Assembly (NCBI GenBank): GCA_951406725.2
Contig: OX597826.1
Location: 15,190,001-15,254,000 of the forward strand
Reading direction: 5' to 3'
Length of the DNA stretch: 64,000 bases
Origin: Octopus vulgaris
Taxonomy: Eukaryota
Under the pieces are notes generated by a model. The model was not told the DNA's origin. It saw only the letters and a program-made list of their open reading frames with translations, and ran no database searches. Numbering within the stretch: the stretch's first letter is position 1; every line of letters begins with the position of its first letter. This document shows positions 12,600 to 27,079 of the stretch, piece by piece. The position numbers were made by a program, and so were the translations under genes.

Positions 12600-13250
12600 A
12601 ATTAAACCGTTGAAAGTACCAACTAGAGATTTCATTACCTTCGTGCGCTCAGGACAGCGGGTCTGTTTCAAAAAGAAAAATAGTAAACATCCTGTGAGCG
12701 ATAAAAAGTGGAACGGCTATTGGTAGGTGACTGCAGATTTACCAGGGTGTCAGGGATTCTTTCCCACGCCAGTTACTAAGAAACCGGACATTTTAATGTG
12801 GTGTGAAAGAAAGAAAGTTATGAATCTAGTCGAGTTAACGGTTCCTTATGAAGGGAACATGGACGCCGATCGTGCTCGAAAGACCAACCCTTATGTAAAC
12901 CTCCTCGAGGAATGTGAAGACACTTGATGGAAAGCAGAGCATTTTCCAATCGAAGTCGAATGTAGAGGGTTTGTCAGACGACTGTTATCGTTAGGCCTAA
13001 ATCATCGTAAAGTAAATACCACCATGACCGATATCCAAACTTCAATGGAAAAGGCTAGCCACTGGATTTGGTTAAAAGGAGATGATGAGCGTTGGGTACA
13101 AGAATATTGAGTTTTATTTTCATAACCAGTTGATATAGCAAGTGGGGCCTCATATCAGTGAGGAGGGTCGGTGCGCATTGCTGCCGTCAAGAGGTAGGTC
13201 TCGAAACGGCGCGCATTCTGTCTTGATGACCTCCATACATTTACTGGCTT
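12600..13250 (+). mobile_element. 3' end of an RLE-type non-LTR retrotransposon (HERO/NeSL-like)
   Basis: KPDILMW...LVELTVPYE...FPIEVECRGFV restriction-like endonuclease motif; stops present. Confidence 0.8.
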
Positions 13251-13436
13251 CCGGTATGCAGAGCTCTCGATTGGTAGCACTTCCACGTGCAAGTTGTTGC
13301 AAAACATCTGTATATATATGTGTTCATTGTAGTTTGCCTGATTTGAACTTACGCCATTCCATTTATTATACTTGTCTAACGTCTAAGGTTCGACTTGAAC
13401 ATTTCTATGCGGCCTGTATCTTTCGTAAGAAAAATA

Positions 13437-13512
<76 letters not shown>

Positions 13513-13705
13513 TATATATATAAATATATATATATAAACGGATTTGAGTATATTCGGATTTTTCATCTTATTTTTATAATAAATTAATATATATAAACCA
13601 CGGTTTATATAGTTACCTTGAAGCTGAGTATTAAATGTAATGTTTAATATTCTTTGTATAGGTAACTAACCAGTACTTTCATAGCATTTTTGCTATAACC
13701 TCTGT

Positions 13706-13747
<42 letters not shown>

Positions 13748-13944
13748 TGCATAAAAGCACATTTTTGTACACTAAATGAACAAAGATGGAAACATTGGTC
13801 TGTTAACTGCAGATTCCTCAGTATTGCTCGGATGGTTCAGCTGAAACCATTTGTCGGTATATATGTGTATCTACCATGTCAAATTATTACTGATTTAGTG
13901 AAATGCTTATGTGAATATTTAAAATTAATATATGTACTTAATCG

Positions 13945-14525
13945 CAATATAAAACCACAACGTAATAACTTAGTAGTCACTAATTGAAAGTGAGGGTACT
14001 GCACAGCACCGTTATTGCTAGAAATAAGAGTAAAGACACTTAAAGCTGTATAAACGCACATTTATATACACTGACAGTGGAGATAACCCCACCCATGAGC
14101 AAAGCTGGAAACACTGGATTAGTTTTGTCTGTTAATTGCACCCCAGTTATAATTAGTAATGGTAAAATTTTTCCTCTGTAGTTTTATATTGTTCTTTGAT
14201 GGTTTTATAAATTTTCAATCTAATTTTTAGCTTTTCGCTCAATGAGCCATAAAGTTATATGGTAAATATATATACTGACAGAATGTTTTCACTGAACCAT
14301 TCGAGTAATGGGGTAGACGCTGCTGACGAGTCTGAGTAGCTGATGAAACTAGTCCACTGTTTCGAGCTTTGCTCATGGGGTGGTTATCTCCCCTCTTAGT
14401 ATATATAGATGTGCGTTTATGCAGCTTTCGGAGTTTTAATCGTTATTTCTAGCAATATAGGTGTTATTCCGCACCCTCAGTCACAATTAGTGACGGTTAA
14501 AAATTTCCTGTATGGGTTTATATTG
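13945..14525. mobile_element. Diverged fold-back element (about 13945-14130 / 14342-14525), Penelope-like terminal repeat
   Basis: Recognisable reverse-complement blocks (e.g. gataaccccacccatgagcaaagct / agctttgctcatggggtggttatc); a second inverted pair at about 13826-13878 / 14259-14309. Confidence 0.65.
14316..14361 (+). ncRNA. Minimal type I hammerhead motif
   Basis: gacgctg CTGACGA GTC...GAT GAAAC-TA-GTC cactgtt; palindromic ACTAGT stem III; GUC triplet. Confidence 0.65.
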
Positions 14526-14571
14526 TGTATAAATTCGTTTTGTGTATTTTCTAGTGTGATTTAGCAAGCTC

Positions 14572-15008
14572 TACATACATACATACATACATACATACAT
14601 ACATACATACATGCATACATACATACATGCATACATACATACATACATACATGCATACATACATACATGCATACATGCATACATACATACATACATACAT
14701 ACATACATACATGCATACATACATACATACATACATGCATACATACATACATACATACATACATGCATACATACATACATACATGCATACATGCATACAT
14801 ACATACATGCATACATGCATACATACATACATACATACATACATGCATACATACATACATGCATACATGCATACATGCATACATACATGCATACATACAT
14901 ACATAATGCATACATGCGTACATGCATACATACATACATACATAAATACATGCATACATACATAAATACATACATACATACATACATACATACATACATA
15001 CATACATA
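14572..15008. repeat. (ATAC/ATGC)n microsatellite
   Basis: Direct reading. Confidence 0.95.
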
Positions 15009-16822
15009 GTGAGTGGTCCACCCATACGTTTTACAATAGGCACATCACTCAAAACCCGCACGTGATGTTACTGCCTTTTTTCTCCTAGTGTTTGTATGTA
15101 CGTTTGTATATGTGTGTGTGTGTGTAATTAATTATCTTAAAGTAATTTAGTTATAGTTCACAATATCGCAATTTCAAATCCCCGCGGGCACTCTATGTCA
15201 TCAATTTGTATCTCTATTTGTATATCTATTCATTCTTCCATCTAACAATCCACATGTACCTTCCACCATCAACCTGTCAATCCAAACTTCTGTCAGTCGA
15301 TCAGTTCATTCATTGATTACTCGATGAACTATATATTTATCGATCTAGCAATCCATCAAGGAATAATACAGATCATCTACATTTAAACAGCTTTCCTAAA
15401 TACTGCGCCGATATCACTGTTATGGAGGATCTGAAAATGATGTGAACCCAAGTCATACCCCTGACCAAACTAATACATTCTCCCCATGAAAAGAAAAACA
15501 AAAACAAATAAAGAAACCCAGAAAACAGAACTTTATACATTATTCTTTATTAGGAAGTATTTTTTCAGTGAGTTGTATTTTTTAAATAGAAATACATTTC
15601 TGGCAGATTATGTTTTGAAGTTCGGTATATTAAACTGTCAGCTAATAGAACCTTTTAAGTAAAAATAAATAAATGAAATTCAAAATCGATCCAGTTTTAT
15701 CGTTTAAAACAAAAAAAAAAAGAAGAAACATTAAAAAATTAACAAACATGTAAATAAAATGCTCGAGTAAACACGCTGGAGTGTTAGCTAGAAGATATAG
15801 ATCAATAGCCGAGGTTATTATCCAAGACATAAATCAATAGCTGAAATCAATACCGGAGGGGGCATCACAGCAAGCAGTTAGTCTTTAATTATGGTTAATT
15901 TTTCTCAAGGGAAATTATGAAATAATCCCGGATTATGATACTTGATGTCACTAGTAAATCATTTTACGTTTCAAGTTTAAAAGTTAAGCTGGATAGGGAG
16001 TTATTTGACTGCAAATATTTATCGTATTCTGTTGTGATTGATAAATTTGGGGCAAAAACAGTTGCTTTTAGAAGTTCCACTTTCGGACTGATTAGGTTTC
16101 TTTGTAGGTGAGAGTATCAGTTCGGTTCTTTATTGTTGAATCTTCCAACAGAATTTGCTTTTTCGAACGACATCAGATATATCACATAAACACAGAAATA
16201 TTAACAATATGCATATTACAGGCATAAATTACAGATGCATGGATTTATATATATATATAATTATTTGAGATATGTTCTATTCGTGAATATTCATATCTTT
16301 GAGTATTTTTAAGCATAATTATTCCAGTAATATTCATAATCTGTTGTCACTTATGAAATATTCACGCGTACTTCACATATTTGAAAGTTTATCACTGTTT
16401 GTAAATATACATATCATAACGAACCGAACCGACACCTCAAAGGACAGGCAGACACACAGACACATACAGACACACACAGACACATACAGACACACACATA
16501 CACACACACATAAGATTTTCACACTAGGTCGTTAATGACGGCAAATTATTCTTTCAGATCTGTGGAATTCATCTAATGTTATTTTGACAACGAAACTAAA
16601 CCAGTCCTAAATTATATAAAATTCTTTCATCAATTATTTTGTTTCTCAAATACAATTTGTCTTTCTAGATCCAAATAACAACTAGTGGAAAAAAATACAC
16701 CAGCAAACTAAAGAAAAAGTATTGAATGTGGGCCACATCTAAAAACATGGCTTATTCTTACAGCAGTTTATATGCATGTTTGTGTGTGTGTGTCTGTGTG
16801 TATATGAGCACGATGTGTACAT

Positions 16823-16881
<59 letters not shown>

Positions 16882-17193
16882 TGTATGTATGTATGTATGT
16901 ATGTATGTATGAATATACATTAATACATGCACACACACCCACATACCTATATAAATATATGTGAGGCTTTGGTGAGAAGCACGAGATAAAACAAATTGTG
17001 ACAGATAAGCTTTCAATGTAAGATTGATTTTCAGAGAGAACAAAGCATGCTCTAGAAAGATGTGCAATATTTTTGTTGTTAGGATGCACTTTTATATTGC
17101 AGCTAGACGCGAGTTAGACGTACGAATAGAAAGAAAATAGAAATAGTTTAAGGGTGTGGCATATGCTACATGCTCATAAATTATCGTAAGTTA

Positions 17194-17608
<415 letters not shown>

Positions 17609-18288
17609 ATGCCGTGGAAAGTAGTTTGAAACAGACTTGTTCTCTTACAAGAAGTTTTAATAAGCAGATATTTTCATATATATTTCCATACTAACTCTGA
17701 AATAATATGGAAATAATTCATTTGCCCAAATATTCTTTTTTGAATATTTCTTTAATAGTTTCCTTTTCAATGTTAAATTACACAACATAATTTACTCTTT
17801 TTCACACTCTTGTTTCAGGCTTATATTATAATTGTCATTATCGTTATCATTAATATCACAATTATTATTCAATAAATAGACAAAAATGAAGAAAGAATTA
17901 TTATTATTTCCAATACTAATATTACGAGCCATGTATAACGCCTTCTATTTTAATTTTCCTTGATATATAGTCTACATATGTTCACGTGTATTTGCATGCA
18001 TTCTTAAAACATTCTATACACACACGTGCGCTCGCACGCACGTACACGCACGCACATCTACACACTCATGCATAGACATATTTTCTCATTTTCCTTATGC
18101 CGTTCATTTTCTAAAATCTTTTGATTTTGTTTTTTTTTGTTAATTTTTTTATGTTAAACATTTTTAGTTTTCTCATTGAAAGACATTTTGAATTCCTTTG
18201 CCTGGCCAATTAAGCCAACAGAAGCGCATAATGTGCCTACGTCTAAATTGACGCCGCAGAGAATGGCGGTAGTTCTATTTTCAAAACT

Positions 18289-18327
18289 TTAGATATAATT
18301 GGACTTATTTCTGCGAGTTCTGTTTTC
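18289..18327 (-). CDS. Candidate alternative terminal coding exon
   Basis: ccttcttttgcAG acceptor; phase 0 reading ENRTRRNKSNYI*. Splice signal only. Confidence 0.25.
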   Translation of the reverse strand, partial: ENRTRRNKSNYI

Positions 18328-18691
18328 CTGCAAAAGAAGGTAAAAAAGTTATGAGGGACAAGAACAAAATGATGTTTTCAGAATTAAAATAGAACACAAT
18401 TTAGAATGATAAATGAAAACACAATCTACCCCACTCTCTCTACTTCACTGTCACTCTCTCTTTCTGTCTTCCTCTTTTACACGTACCCATATATAAAATT
18501 GAAATAAAATTCATTCTGTAATAGTATCAAAATGACTAAATGAGTAAAAGAAAGACAAACAACACACTTTAAACAACTTGTCTTTCTTACTTCTGAAATG
18601 ACCTGATACATAGTTGAGAAGCGGATATTTCAGTTAAAAGGTTATAAAAGTAACAAAAATAATAACAGCAATTAACAAAGAAATTAGGGTA

Positions 18692-18769
18692 TTACGTCAA
18701 AACTTCTTTGTATTGCACCTTGTCTAAAGTTTGTTGCTCTGGTACTTCGATCTTCCTTGTGGTGATCAC
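18692..18769 (-). CDS. Candidate C-terminal exon of the iGluR
   Basis: tcatttcacAG acceptor; phase 0 reading VITTRKIEVPEQQTLDKVQYKEVLT*; possible internal donor AAG|GTGCAA after 18719. No homology support. Confidence 0.35.
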   Translation of the reverse strand: MITTRKIEVPEQQTLDKVQYKEVLT

Positions 18770-21700
18770 CTGTGAAATGAAGATTCCTAAAACTGTTTCG
18801 CACGTGAAAATGTAAGCGATTTTAAACAATATCTTTTTCCTGATACAAAAGCGGGAAAACTCGCTTCAACCCTCTTATCACTAGGCTGATAGTGGTCGTT
18901 TATCTATATCGCTCCCACTCTCATTGTCCTAAGTTGCTGTGGTGTAATAACAACGATCTTTTACTTTCTCGTTTTCTTTTCGTTTGCATTCCCAACTTTT
19001 CAGCGGATATTTGTAATTAAAATATAATTCTGTACCTTTATGAGAACCATCAAAATAAATTAAGGAATAAAAGAAAACCCAGTAAAGTCATTTAAAAAAT
19101 TTAGCACATCTAATTGCTCCGAAAAGTTGATACAAAGATTTAAAGGTGATAATTCGATGTAAAATATCTTTTTTAATGATTGAAAAACAATAATAATAAA
19201 CCGAGTATTATATTTATTTTGTTTCTCTCACCTTCTTTTAAGTTTAATAGCACTAAATTTGTTTCTTCCTTTCCCTACACCTTCGTTGACTGCAAAAATG
19301 AAACATAAACTATCTGCATCTAACACATTATAACGAGATTCCATATCTTGCCAGCAGCCTTGTCATAATTTATTCCTCTTAAATGGTTGTTTGCATAAGT
19401 TCTCAGTTTAACATTTTATGCCTCTATGTAGTAGTAGTAGTAGTAGTAGTAATTAACACTGCTGCTTACTGGCTTATATTTTGAGACCGTAATTGGGAAC
19501 TATTTTGCTTTGTACTGAAAACTTCCCCTTACATTTTTGCGGATATCTTGCAAAGTATGCAAGCCCTGCGAAATTTCAGCAAATTTCATAAAAATAGTCA
19601 TCAGTGGCGGCAAAAGAAGATATCTTGGATCTTTTGTTTCTCCATCTTATTGACTGCTTAAAGATTTTGAATTTCTTAGTTAAATTCGATGTGCAATTTC
19701 CGTCCCACCAGTTCATGGGTTGCTCTGTTCACGATGTTCCAGACTATGCTGAATGTTCGATTCTGTAGTTCGTTAATTTCCAAACCATATGCAACAGGGA
19801 AGTAGAAATTTTTCCTGACACTTGACCTCAATGAGTGTATGTGTTGGTTATTTCCTTTCTTAAAATACATGCAGTCAGGCTCGAGAAATGTTTTGGGACC
19901 GACTTTTCTTTATATAGAGTTGGGGTTTTAATAGTTCTGGCATACTCATTTCCCCCATATTTCATATAACCCCAAAGTGGTTCTTTTGTATGAAATCGGA
20001 GACAAACTTTCAAACAATATATTTTAAGTAATTATTATCTATAAATTAATTAAAGAGATAAGACTACTGAAACAGGTGTGCGTATATATTACTTAAAGTT
20101 GCAAATTATGTTACTATTTGCTTTATAGTAATCATACGGTGTGATTTTGGTCCCGTTTGATCCATGGATTTCGTTATTTCTCGTCGTTTTCTCTTTCTGT
20201 GCAGGTTGCGCACCACAGTTACATGCGTAAACTCAGAGAAGTAATTACAGATGTATATGCATATGTGTACTTTGAGATTGTAATGCTCTATTTGAGGAAG
20301 ATTTAGTTCCTAATTCTTGTGGCTCAGAGACCTATAGCGGTTGAAAATGTAATTGTCATACTTGAAAATGAGTGCTTTCTAATATGTCTGTGCGTCTATG
20401 AGCCTCACTTCGTAATTTTCTTTTAACAATCATGGCCAAGGTCATGATAGCGAACACTCGCCTCAACATCTGTTTCGTCTTGAATAACAATTATTTTAAC
20501 TTCAGAGTCTATCACGCATTTTATAACATTTCATTTCCTTCCTTAGCTTCATTGTGTTCTTCTTCATAATCATTAGCTTCAATACTATCATTATTAACAA
20601 CAACAACAACAACAACGACACCACCACCAGCAACGACGATGACAACGATGACAACAGCAATAGAACTTTACAAAACACACAAATATAAATTTTTAACTAC
20701 AAACGTTCTCATGACACAAAGAAAAAGTTAGTAAAAACAACAGCCAAACTATAAATATAGAAAATAAAATTAAAAAGACAAAAAGAAACAACACAGGTAA
20801 ATGTAAAAAAAAATATAGAATAAAAGAAATTAAAAATATTATTTCAGGTAATTTTCCCCTTTGTTATACTCTGGAGGCAACAATTAAGGAAATAATGATG
20901 TAAATTGATAATGAAATGTTAAATCAGTAGCAGGAGAACGCATCACCCAGAGGGTAAGGAAGTACACACACACACACACACATGTTCTGTAGGTTACATG
21001 GATAAACATTATATACATATAAACACGCACGCACACTTCCGCAAACAAAATTCACACACACACACAAATCCAAACCTGCGTATACATTTACAGAATTGTA
21101 CACAAACATATGTTGATGCACACATACGTCTACATGCATTCGAACACGTACAGACAGACTGGTACATAACGAAGCAGACAGATAATTTATTTTAATTCTT
21201 GTCAGTTGATGTGGCAAGATTCTGTCTATCACAACATGGGCCTGCAGGAATCAGAAATGAAAGACAATATCTGAATAATTTCTAACGAGAGTAGCTGATT
21301 GATGATCACATTGATAATTAATATAATTGTTCATGCTATACTGCATGTTGGGCCGTCCTTGGACGGGTGTAATAGCACATCCCTTTGAAAAAGCGTTTGT
21401 AGGACATCACTCAAACCGTTTCTATTTCTATCTAGAAGAAAAGACACTGTACATAGTCTCCTTTGATCTTTCTCAAAACCCAATGCAGCTTTATTAAAAA
21501 GAGCGAGAGAACGAGAGAGAGAGAGAGAGAGAGAGCTCTCACTCCAGTAGTTGGCTGGTACTTTTATTTATCGACCCTGGAAGGAAAAAAGCGAAGATGG
21601 ACATCGGCAGGAGTTTAACGCATTATGCAGAACATTTTACCCGACACTCTAACGAGCCTACTAACAAATAAGGTACAATAATTTTGAAACACTATTCGCA

Positions 21701-23700
21701 GCGATCTTACCAACAGTCTACCTAGCTTTAAGTAGGTAACATAGTACTTGTACAATACCCGTTCTTGTTGATTAGTTCCCAATTCATTCCTTGTTCAATA
21801 CGCCGAAGCTTAAATCTAATGTATCAGCTGTGGCTATTCTGATCTTTTTTCGGCCTAGCGTAACAAGCACTATTATAATTCAGTGAATGTTTTCTTCTTT
21901 TGAAGGGTTTATTTTAACTGTTAGTTCTGGTAAGTCGAACAACTATGTAAATGTTCTTCTAGATGACTTGGTGATAATTAAATGTTTAGATGCAAGCGTA
22001 AGATATTAATATATATGGTATAAGGTATATGTTGATCGCGGCTGAACTTCAGGATTCATTGAATGTCAGTTGTAACCTCGTAAGTCTTTACTGCGAGGCA
22101 TAATTTCCTAAAATTTGAAACTTAAAGATTGCGGTCTACTATTTGTTCACTTCATTGAAGAAATTGTATGAATATATAGAGGTTTACTTAATAACTGGTT
22201 GTTTCATTACTTTCCCAGCTATGTTAGCTCAAGGCAACTCTGACAGAAGTGATCCACATATAGTGATTAGAATAAGTAAATGGAAGCAACAGAAACACTG
22301 TTCGAATTATGCTGTCTCTCCGTTTAATATACCTTCATACACTTGTGGCGTTTGTTTTAGCGCTCTACATCTGAATTCCTGTCGAGGTTAGATTTACCTT
22401 TCATAAATTCTAATCGATACAGTACCTGTCTTGTATAGGGGATTATAGGAATTAGAATATTTTCTTCCAGATCATTGCGTTCTGAGTTCTTGGTTGGTAT
22501 AATTATTTTGTCACGTGTTTCAACATACTACTTGGATGATTTCAGTGATCCCTTTGTTGCAAAAGTTCTGGTCAGATTAGAGTATAAGGTTTTTCTTCCT
22601 CAGCGTAGAACCTGAAGAAATAAAGGGCTTTCTTATACGTTGCTCTATGATAAACGTGCAGTGAGATTCTGTATGCTTGTCGGTTCTGTTTCTAACCATT
22701 TGTAAAGTAACAAATGTTTGTTGTAATGGGGATGGTTTTGATACTTTGGTGTTAAGCATTGATATTTTCCCGCGATGTTGTTTTCGTTTAAGCAGTTGTC
22801 CTTGTCTTTCAGTCTTTTTCTTTTTCTTTATTGTTCTTTGTATTTTTGTTGTTGTTGTGGTTGTGTAGTCGCAGGTTAACTGAAATTGTTCCCATATGCT
22901 CATAAGCATATTTTAGGAATACGAAAGACACCTAATGCAATATGTCCTGTCTATATGAAAGAGTAATTTTTGGCTGCTATTTCTAGCAACTATTTCTAGA
23001 GTGATCAGGTAGAGACTTCAAGTAGTAATGATAGTAATGGTAATATTCAAAGAATTATTTTTTTTTATCAAGAAAGCAATACCGATCTGAAAACTGAAAC
23101 TGCATTTCGTTGTGAAACTACAATAATATAATCTGTTTCTCACCTATAAAATTAATAATATAAATTACATTATGTCTTTTCTTTATAAACTGATGCCATA
23201 TCTAAGACTAATAAATGCCATTATTTCGGTTGCTAGTATAAAATGCCCTGTTAAGAATGTGAAATTCAAATGTAGAATAGTTACACTTAAGTATGTGTTG
23301 AGTATTATAGGAACTGGGGACAACATCAGAAACAAGCGATTATAAATATAGAGAAATAACACGGTATGATAACTATCAGAGCATTTGTAATAAACTCCAG
23401 TAAAATTGACGCAGCAATCCAGGTGCCGTCTCCTGCCGTAGAAACATCAATAACCTCTGGAGAAATAATTACTTCACGTTTGATATTTCTCTACCTTAAT
23501 AGTCATTGACAGCCATTATAATTGATGGCTGAAAGGAATAAATAAGGTATAAGGAGAAAGGAAAAGGAAAGAAAGAGAGAAAAGGTGGAAAAAGTGAAAG
23601 GAAAAAGTTTAGAAAAGAGAGAAAAAGAGGATAAAGAAAGAAATACATATAAAGCGAAAGGAATGGAATCAATATGGTGAAGTAGTGAAAGCAACATTAC

Positions 23701-23875
23701 CTTTCCAAGGTGCATCACCTGACCGCTACAGTACTCAATAAGACATACAACACCAGCTACTAGAATACCAGTAACTAAAAGAAAGAACACACCAGCAACG
23801 TTCTCGAATTGTAACTCGGATGTCTCCACAGCCGAGGCTTTGTTCATATCTGGACACATTCGATTATTCCACCAT
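23701..23875 (-). CDS. iGluR exon, pre-M4 and M4
   Basis: (R)WWNNRMCPD...LQFENVAGVFFLLVTGILVAGVVCLIEY; acacAG acceptor, AAG|GTAATG donor; 175 nt phase 2/0. Confidence 0.95.
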
Positions 23876-24655
23876 CTGTGTATAATGAAGCAAAAACCAC
23901 ACATAATACGGTTAAATAGAAAGCGACAGTAATAAGCAGTAAGTTACAAGTTTCTTGATGTTATTAATGAAATATCGACAACAGCAACGATTTCAAAGTA
24001 CATTTAATGCATAGGAAGTGAATAATCTATAAGGTATAGATTATAAAAGAATATTATTGGTAATTATTCTATTATCGACCTGTAGTTGAGCTTGTGGAAT
24101 TGTTCCTATCACAAACAATTAAGCACGGCTGAAAATCACTGATAGAAATGGCCAGTGATATTTAGAAATGAGGGACCAGTTTCGCAAATTTGATTCAGAC
24201 ATAATCTTACCACGTATAGTATGTTGACTGCGGGCCACACGCAAGGTTGATCGAGTAGACCTAAGATAAAAAGCATTTCATTCTCCTAAGAATGTAGGTC
24301 TGCATTATCCACTGAAACCTTTTTTAAAGACGCTAGTAATTTATTTGTATGAATAAGTTTGGTCGTTATAGCAGGCTGAATGGTATACTTCAGGCTAAAT
24401 ATTCTACTTACTTTCATTTGATCTGGAATATCCATTCTTAGACTGTCGCCCAGTAATTGTTTCTGGCCACTTTGGTTTTGAATTAAGACTTCTGTTCTGA
24501 TTTCAGATTGTTTGTGGTAATTAGTGGGAAACGGCCTATTCTTTTTTAAATTATATATATATAGTACAAAGTAAGATAGGGGTTATGAATGTAATCCACT
24601 ATGAAATATCAGTTATCCAATATACTGTTGGTAAAGTACCCAAATTCTTGAATTG

Positions 24656-24690
24656 ACTCTTGACCATAGGCTGAAACAGCTGTAAGGAGT
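24656..24690 (+). ncRNA. Decayed hammerhead remnant
   Basis: Stem I ACTCTT/AGGAGT and GAAAC-AGCT-GTA are retained; the CUGANGA box is partly deleted. Confidence 0.4.
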
Positions 24691-24888
24691 AGTTTATGAA
24701 TTTCAATAATTTATAATGTGACTATCAAAATATGTATTTTTATTATTTTTATTATTATATTACCTATTGATTTATATAATTTTTGTTTGATTTTGATGTT
24801 CCCATTTGTATAATTAATAAATAATGTAAAATTGTAATATCCGTAAGTTGATGAACGAGAAGAATTTGTTTCTCAATTTTCTTATTTG

Positions 24889-24946
<58 letters not shown>

Positions 24947-25103
24947 GGTTCAGCTGGTTTCACCAGAGAACAGATTAATGTCGTGTTGGCTGCCAGAAAA
25001 TCTATCATAAAATTTGACAAGCTGGGAGTCCATAAAGACATAGCCGATGGTTTTGCTGTTACGATGGGAAGTTCTGATTCAGCACAAATAGCTGATTTGG
25101 TCG

Positions 25104-25176
<73 letters not shown>

Positions 25177-25373
25177 TAATCCAAACAAGAAAACACAAAA
25201 AAACACAACAACGGGAGGACGTGGAACAAATAAAGTATTATTGGATGCTCAGGAAAGAAGGGAAGAAGGAAGGTTTAACGTTTCGAGCGGAGCTCTTCGT
25301 CGGAAACATAGGAGAAGGAAAGATCGCGAGAAGGGAAGACAGAGGAAAAAAATCGCCAGCGGTACTCACGAGG

Positions 25374-25453
<80 letters not shown>

Positions 25454-25960
25454 TTTATGAAATGGCAGACCAGTTCCCAAGCATCAGTGGAGGTCTGTAT
25501 CGTGATCATTGTTTACTCTACCTTCAAAATGTTTCTGACCAAATAGTTCAAAACGTTAAGAATAGTTTAGTTAATTTTTTTTCTCCCGTAGAATGGGTTT
25601 AGCCATCGTTTTTGATGATGATGTAACGAAAGCCAACTTTTTAGATATTACATTTAACTTACACAATAATCCATACTTTCCATACCACAAACCATCGACC
25701 AATCTTAAGTATATTAGCCAATTCAGTAATCGTTGTAGTTAAGAATATTTCATTTAGATTGTCTAAGTTATCTGCTAAAGTTGACATTTTCAACGACACG
25801 GCAGAATTTTATAACTCTGTCTTTCTTAAAGCAGGCTATACAGGAATAGTTACCTACATTAATTCCATTCAATTTTATTCTACCTTTAGTAATGGAGACA
25901 TGAAATCTAGTTGTAAGGATGAGAAGATTTCATTTAACCATTTTATTCCTTTGGAATAAT
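24947..25960 (+). mobile_element. Penelope-like reverse transcriptase remnant, fragmented
   Basis: FAVTMGSSDSAQIADLVGIY (PLE RT motif) at 24947-25110; NFLDITFNL...PYHKP...RLSKLS...YNSVFLKAGY at about 25570-25850; interrupted by microsatellites and another repeat. Confidence 0.75.
25273..25307 (-). ncRNA. Minimal hammerhead motif, bulged-A type
   Basis: GTTT CCGACGA A GAGC-tcc-GCTC GAAAC GT T AAAC on the minus strand; lies in a roughly 200-bp repeat (25175-25377) between microsatellites. Confidence 0.6.
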
Positions 25961-26026
25961 ACCAATGTTGTCTTCGAAACTTATGTCGGAAATAAAAGAA
26001 TTTGAATAACACTTGCGTTTAACTCC

Positions 26027-26154
<128 letters not shown>

Positions 26155-26256
26155 TTGACAAAAATGCAAAAAAGATTTCCCATATTGCAACACGAATTGA
26201 TAAACGTATATATATATATATATATTCTATTTTCTCTCCCTGTTTATTATTGTGCT

Positions 26257-26294
26257 TCTTTCTGTCGAAGAGCGTAGGTTCGAAGCGTAAAAGA
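26257..26294 (+). ncRNA. Degenerate minimal hammerhead motif, bulged-A type
   Basis: TCTTT CTGTCGA A GAGC-gtag-GTTC GAAGC GTA AAAGA. Confidence 0.45.
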
Positions 26295-26367
26295 TTTTCT
26301 CACTCCCCGAGTGTTAAACTAATACATCAGTTTGTTGTTTACACACCCGTCTTCGTCTTATATTTTT

Positions 26368-26441
<74 letters not shown>

Positions 26442-27079
26442 CTGGACACTATCGTCCTCAATTGTGAAGATTTATTTAAATAAAGTATAAAGATTGTACG
26501 AAACCTACTGAAGCAGCGGGTATAAGATTGTATTTTTTCTTGTTCGTTTCTTTCAGACAAAATCGTAACAGTTGGAAACATACAATTAAGCCTAAAAATT
26601 TACCCTAATATAATACTACCAGACAGTATGATTAATCACATATCGATAGTGAAATATGATTAACAAAAAAGTAATCATATAAGAAGCTATTTTTTTCCAT
26701 CGGTCATGTGTGGCCTATGCACACAGTCAATTTCTTTTCTCGACTATGATTATCAGTCTATATGGGAAAAGTAGACTCAAATGTTGCAGCATTTTAATAC
26801 AGAATGCAAGATGAAATATTGAATACCAGCATTTCTATCTACTAACTATCCAATTACTCCACTGTTTACTTGTAATTAGCAGAGCGAATCATTCAGTGAT
26901 GAATGCGTTTCATGTAAATATAATCAAGTAATTCTTAATATCATTTACACTTCCAGACAAACATTATTTATTTACTTGTTGATTCTAAAAGTACATATTT
27001 TATTGATAACAGCTGAGAGGAAAAACTAGGAAGAATATACAACACAAATATTGGAAATATATAAAGTCACTTAATCTTC

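Noticed and set aside
20137-20196. Possible extra C-terminal exon (KEKTTRNNEIH...)
   Set aside because: Weak acceptor and ambiguous phase.
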